A DNA stretch of 32,000 nt. Source: Candidatus Helarchaeota ASGARD archaeon Hel_GB_B (GTDB taxonomy: Archaea > Asgardarchaeota > Lokiarchaeia > Helarchaeales > HEL-GB-B). Positions 27,747 through 32,000 of this stretch are shown in pieces. Position 1 is the first letter of the stretch; each line of letters opens with the position of its first letter. The stretch lies in contig SUPR01000014.1 of NCBI GenBank assembly GCA_005191425.1, positions 16,638-48,637 of the forward strand, read 5' to 3'. Below the pieces are notes generated by a model. The model did not search any database. It saw only the letters and a program-made list of their open reading frames with translations, and had not been told where the DNA came from. The translations under genes and the position numbers were made by a program.

Positions 27747-29438
27747 TTAGGATATTAAATTTAAAGCATCTTTTAAAATGTCTTCGTGGTCAAAAGCTAA
27801 GTCAGTGTTTTCAATTTCTTTTAAAGGTAATATTTCTACGCGAGTAGATTCATCACTACATTTAAGATTAGAGAAATCACCTTTTACAATACATAAAAAT
27901 GCAGTTGTGGCTACAGCACCTCTTGGATCACGTCCAATTCTATCATATAAGCCAACTTTCCGCTTAATTATAACATCTAGCCCTGTTTCTTCTTTAACTT
28001 CTCGTATTACTGCTTGTCTTGGAGTTTCTCCTTTCTCTATAAAACCTCCAGGAAATGCATAATATCCAGCATATGGCGGATATTTACGTTTAACTAAAAC
28101 TATATGCTCCTTATCTTTGTCTAATATAATTGCATCAACTGTCCTTCTAAATTTCTTACTGATTTCTACTACTCTAATCTTCATATAATATAAAGACACA
28201 TACATTAATACTGTTGCTAAACAAATTGAGATAATGATTTGCAGCCAAAAAATAAACTGATTTCCTGAATATAGGGCATTCATACCACTATCTAGAGCCA
28301 ATGCAATATCTGAGAGAATACCTATACCAATTAAAAGATTTAATACCTTCATTCCACGTTGCGTCTTTTTTTGGTTCTCTTCATTTTTTTGTTGATATAC
28401 TACATACATAGATTCTTGAATTATAGAAAATTTATTATCGATTCTATTTAAAAGTTGATTTAAATTAAATTCATCAATCAAGTGTTTTAGCACTTTGGTA
28501 AAATGCTGTCTTCTATTATAATTCAATTCATTATAAAATGAGCTCATTTGTGTCTGAATTATCCCTCTTAATAGTGTTAGGTCTTTAATTTTCTTCTCGA
28601 TTATGTTTAAGTCCATAAAACTTTTTAAAATGAAAAGGGCATCTAATGAATTATTAAATGCCATTAAAGCAAATACAATTGCCCTAATTTTAGCCGTTGG
28701 TATTAAAACATTTGAAATTATATATGAATCAAAAAATTGTTCAAAATTTTCGGGTGCCATATATATAAACCCAGAATTTCTTCTTATAAAATGGAGTTCT
28801 GATAGTCTATTAGATAGATTTTGTTTAACTCTGTTTTTATATAATTCATCAGAATAATCTGACCAATGTCCTGAATATATTTCGATCCATTTTCCAAGAT
28901 ATTTTCTGTATTTTTCAATATTTTCATTAGACCATTTAAGGTCTGGTGGACTCATTTTATTTGAAGTTAAAAAAATATAAATTGGACTTTCAACATCGAA
29001 AAATAAATATTTTTTACGGACTTTTGATGCATATTTCTTTAATTCGTTTAAAACGATAATTGGAATTTGTTGAATTAAAATTGGTTCTATTAAATTTTTT
29101 TTATCTGGGTCATTTTTGTAATATTCTACTTCAAATTCTAAATAACCTAATGTATTATACTTAATCCCAATATTTTCATTTTTAAATGGGAATGATTCTA
29201 TTAATGTTTCCCATTTACCCTTTATCGAAAAATTTTTTCCCATCTCTTTAATTTGTTTAATTTTTTCCTTATCCAAAAATGCCTTCTTTAAATCGTTATC
29301 AGTTATATTATTTAATTTATTTATAATAATATTCTCTATTTGATTGATGCTTTCTTCTGCATTAATATAATCTTTATTCCAGATAACTGAGATAAACCAA
29401 TATTCTTTATTATAAATAAATTTAACACCGTCTTGCAT
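27747..29438 (-). CDS. CorA-like 2-TM membrane protein fused to a C-terminal Nudix (ADP-ribose pyrophosphatase-like) hydrolase
   Basis: Long helical stalk, then TM1 MKVL...SGMN and TM2 ending YYMKIR. Perfect Nudix box GFIEKGETPRQAVIREVKEETGL (27978-28046) plus RDPRG and LAFDH. Confidence 0.8.
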   Translation of the reverse strand: MQDGVKFIYNKEYWFISVIWNKDYINAEESINQIENIIINKLNNITDNDLKKAFLDKEKIKQIKEMGKNFSIKGKWETLIESFPFKNENIGIKYNTLGYLEFEVEYYKNDPDKKNLIEPILIQQIPIIVLNELKKYASKVRKKYLFFDVESPIYIFLTSNKMSPPDLKWSNENIEKYRKYLGKWIEIYSGHWSDYSDELYKNRVKQNLSNRLSELHFIRRNSGFIYMAPENFEQFFDSYIISNVLIPTAKIRAIVFALMAFNNSLDALFILKSFMDLNIIEKKIKDLTLLRGIIQTQMSSFYNELNYNRRQHFTKVLKHLIDEFNLNQLLNRIDNKFSIIQESMYVVYQQKNEENQKKTQRGMKVLNLLIGIGILSDIALALDSGMNALYSGNQFIFWLQIIISICLATVLMYVSLYYMKIRVVEISKKFRRTVDAIILDKDKEHIVLVKRKYPPYAGYYAFPGGFIEKGETPRQAVIREVKEETGLDVIIKRKVGLYDRIGRDPRGAVATTAFLCIVKGDFSNLKCSDESTRVEILPLKEIENTDLAFDHEDILKDALNLIS

Positions 29439-29563
29439 AATTATTCTATAATTTTATTTAATTTATAAATTTTGATTAAATCAAATTGAAAAACAGCAAG
29501 AAATATTTAAACCATATTTTTATTTTTAAGAAATTAAGTCATTAATTATAATCCAGTCAATGA

Positions 29564-30175
29564 TTACTCTTCAATTAATATTACTCGGGCGGGGGCACCT
29601 TCGGCTTTAATTTTTAGTGGTAGTCCAATAAATGTATAGTTTTTTGGTCGTATTTTTTTTAAAGATAAATTTTCAAATATTAATACTTCATTTTCCAGTA
29701 GTATCTTATGGACTTCTTTTGGCCCAATACTTAAATAATCAATACCAACAGATTTAATGCCCTTTTTTACCAGATATTCGGCTCCATTTTTTGATAAAAA
29801 TACAAAATCGTTCTTAAATTCATTATTGTTTAATATTGAATTTTTTGTTTTAATTAAGATAATTTCATTTTTTTCAATAACAAATTTTTTTAAATATTTT
29901 TCCGTTATACTTTCTCCAAATGGAATTTCCATTAAATCAAGAACCTGACACTCGCCATAACATTTCTCTAATGGAACATTCTCAGCTCCTGGACTTTTAT
30001 CTTCAATATGTAATAAAGTATCAATATGAGTGCATGTGTGAGTGCTCATACAAAATTCTGAAATATTCCATCCATCAGAAGCGATATTCTTTATTTTATT
30101 TATCTTTACGCTAGGGTCGCCTGGATATACTAATATATTTTCGTCAATCAATTTTGATATATCATGAATTTTCAT
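29564..30175 (-). CDS. Kynurenine formamidase-like cyclase family protein
   Basis: YPGDP, HTCTHIDTLLH (variant of HxGTHxDxPxH), GIDYLS, FENL, PLKI..AEGAPARVI. ATG 30175 is preferred over TTG 30184, which overlaps the RBS. Confidence 0.85.
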   Translation of the reverse strand: MKIHDISKLIDENILVYPGDPSVKINKIKNIASDGWNISEFCMSTHTCTHIDTLLHIEDKSPGAENVPLEKCYGECQVLDLMEIPFGESITEKYLKKFVIEKNEIILIKTKNSILNNNEFKNDFVFLSKNGAEYLVKKGIKSVGIDYLSIGPKEVHKILLENEVLIFENLSLKKIRPKNYTFIGLPLKIKAEGAPARVILIEE

Positions 30176-30370
30176 TATTTTCAACCCTTATGATATTTTG
30201 TTCATATTTTAGATGTAATAATTTTTAATTAAATTCTTAGGAATTCAAAATATCTTTCATTTTTCATATAATAAGAAAAATATTTAGATTTTTAATTTTT
30301 CAATAATGTTTTCCAATAATTAAAAAAGAAAATCTAATTTGATATTTATTAAAATAAAATTTTCTACTCT

Positions 30371-31945
30371 TTATTTACCTAAAAATTGAAACACTACTAC
30401 AGAATGCGCCGGGAATTTATATTTAAATAGATCATTATTACATACAAAATTAAGTTTTTGTACTTTTATTGTATTTGGATTTTCTCGAGAATTAATAGCA
30501 AAAGGGGTGTCATGCGTGAGAATATATCCGATAACATTTTCAGGTGTAAAATTAAGAGAATCAGAAAATTTTATACAGGTATCTATATTTTCATTTAAAT
30601 GTTTGTTTACGCAGAAGAGAGTTAATTTTGATTTATCTCTTGATATCATAGCTGCAACATCTAATACTGGCTTCATAATTGGTGGAATATTTGCAAATTG
30701 TTCTGAAATAATATTTTTACATTTTACAGAAACAGATAACAGCGAACTATCTTTTAACCACACATCACTGTACATTTTGAAAACAAGGTAATTTGGATTT
30801 ACAATTATCTTGTCATCATATGTCAGAATCATCCCTAATACATTGACCATTTGAGCAAAGTTTGCCATTCCAATTGTTTCTGCTTGTTTTATAAATGTAT
30901 TAATCATGCAGGCTGTCCATAATCCATCCCTAAGGTTATAATGTGGTGTATCTGCTCGGTATACTTGTCTCCACCGATACCAAATGTTCCATTCGTCAAA
31001 TGCAATTTTGACTTGTTCAAGTCCATTTTTTCCTAGTGTCGAAATAATATCTTGTCTGGTCTTTAAAATTAATTCTTCAGCCAAATAAGGAGAATTTAAC
31101 ATACTATAATATACATTTTCATTTTTAGGTAATGCTCTCCATCCTAATAAATATGAAATAATGTTAATTGTAGGTAGATAGAGGTGAAGAGTTAAATAAT
31201 CAACATAACCTTTAGCAACTCTTAAAAATGATCTATTCCAATCGGATTTCCATCCAACTCCCAATAATTTAATATTTGAATCAATTTTCCGCATTTCTTT
31301 GGCGAATTCAAGGTATTTTTTTCCATATATATCACCTGTTTTACAATGCCCTTTTTCCCACCACCCAAAAATCTCGTTTCCAATGCCCCAAAATTTAACA
31401 TTATATGGTTCAGGGTGTCCATTTTTTGCTCTTAATTTTCCATATTTCGTATTCAAACTACCATTTGTATATTCAACCCATTCGGCAGCTTCTTTAGGCG
31501 TCCCAGTCCCAAAATTTATATTAATATATTTTTCAGCCCCCAGTTTTTCGCATAATGTTAAAAATTCATCAGTTCCGAAATGGTTCTTCTCTTTAGGTCC
31601 TATATTAAAACCTTTGATTAGTCCAAAAACACTTTTAAATCCTCCCCAAGCTTTATTTTTCCTAATTGGGCGAGAGCTCCGGGGACCAATACCATCTTTC
31701 CAATGATATGTATCTGAGAAACATCCCCCCGGATATCTTATAATTGGTGGTCTTAGACTACTTATCCTTTCAAATAATTCTGTCCGAACCCTATCTAAGG
31801 GCGGTTGCATTAATGTCTGTTCGGTTTTTTTATAAGTCCAGACTCCGTTATTGATACACATTCCTAAATGCTCAATAAAATGACCAAGGATTAAATTTGA
31901 TACATTAATCAATCGAGGAAGTTTATCAATAAAAATCTCAGCCAT
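30371..31945 (-). CDS. abfA: GH51 alpha-L-arabinofuranosidase family glycoside hydrolase
   Basis: GHFIEH, RYPGGCFSD, FGTDEF, WGIGNE (acid/base Glu), FDEWN (nucleophile Glu), ANFAQMVNV; no signal peptide. Confidence 0.9.
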   Translation of the reverse strand: MAEIFIDKLPRLINVSNLILGHFIEHLGMCINNGVWTYKKTEQTLMQPPLDRVRTELFERISSLRPPIIRYPGGCFSDTYHWKDGIGPRSSRPIRKNKAWGGFKSVFGLIKGFNIGPKEKNHFGTDEFLTLCEKLGAEKYININFGTGTPKEAAEWVEYTNGSLNTKYGKLRAKNGHPEPYNVKFWGIGNEIFGWWEKGHCKTGDIYGKKYLEFAKEMRKIDSNIKLLGVGWKSDWNRSFLRVAKGYVDYLTLHLYLPTINIISYLLGWRALPKNENVYYSMLNSPYLAEELILKTRQDIISTLGKNGLEQVKIAFDEWNIWYRWRQVYRADTPHYNLRDGLWTACMINTFIKQAETIGMANFAQMVNVLGMILTYDDKIIVNPNYLVFKMYSDVWLKDSSLLSVSVKCKNIISEQFANIPPIMKPVLDVAAMISRDKSKLTLFCVNKHLNENIDTCIKFSDSLNFTPENVIGYILTHDTPFAINSRENPNTIKVQKLNFVCNNDLFKYKFPAHSVVVFQFLGK

Positions 31946-32000
31946 TTATAATCATTTCCTCTATTTTGAGTCCTTTCTATGTTTTCTATAATATTTCAAT

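Noticed and set aside
27747-29438. Calling the CorA-Nudix gene a CRISPR or anti-phage effector
   Set aside because: No cas, cyclase or other defence gene flanks it; its neighbours are metabolic genes.
2636-31706. Short opposite-strand or alternate-frame ORFs in the track (2636, 3197, 3590, 5543, 6125, 11207, 13286, 14906, 16752, 18272, 21447, 23028, 25396, 27778, 28603, 29757, 29920, 30507, 31222, 31299)
   Set aside because: All lie within or overlap well-supported genes, lack motifs and an RBS, and have the F/I/L/S-rich composition expected of shadow frames in AT-rich DNA.
1-32000. CRISPR array, tRNA, rRNA or structured ncRNA
   Set aside because: No regularly spaced direct repeats and no GC-rich non-coding island seen by eye. 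A tRNAscan-SE/Infernal run would be needed to exclude small RNAs formally.

Overview
Very AT-rich, gene-dense prokaryotic DNA with archaeal GGTGA/GGAGG-type ribosome-binding sites. The gene content (multiple long-chain acyl-CoA ligases, ADP-forming acyl-CoA synthetase alpha subunit, archaeal-type PEP synthase domain, stand-alone Lrp/AsnC RAM domains, TPR/SNAP-like proteins, small Zn-finger proteins) best fits an Asgard archaeon of the Lokiarchaeia/Helarchaeales type; this is inference, as there is no marker gene here. About 28 CDS are supported, mostly for lipid/fatty-acid and general catabolism. No rRNA, tRNA, CRISPR array or intact mobile element was seen. Main oddities: (1) a CorA-like 2-TM membrane protein retaining MKVL...GMN, fused to an intact ADP-ribose-pyrophosphatase-type Nudix domain, a possible channel-enzyme; (2) a membrane protein carrying the motifs of the eukaryotic ER protein CLN6; (3) an extended alpha-SNAP-like TPR protein followed by two tandem small paralogous helical proteins, one missed by the ORF track; (4) PEP synthase split into stand-alone phospho-His and PEP-binding genes with no ATP-grasp domain, next to an AcdA lacking its beta subunit; (5) a DMT transporter fused to a RAM domain; (6) a flippase-like gene frameshifted in a T10 tract; (7) three small CDS missed by the ORF track and signs of ATA/ATT starts. 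All comparisons to reference proteins are from memory and need database confirmation.
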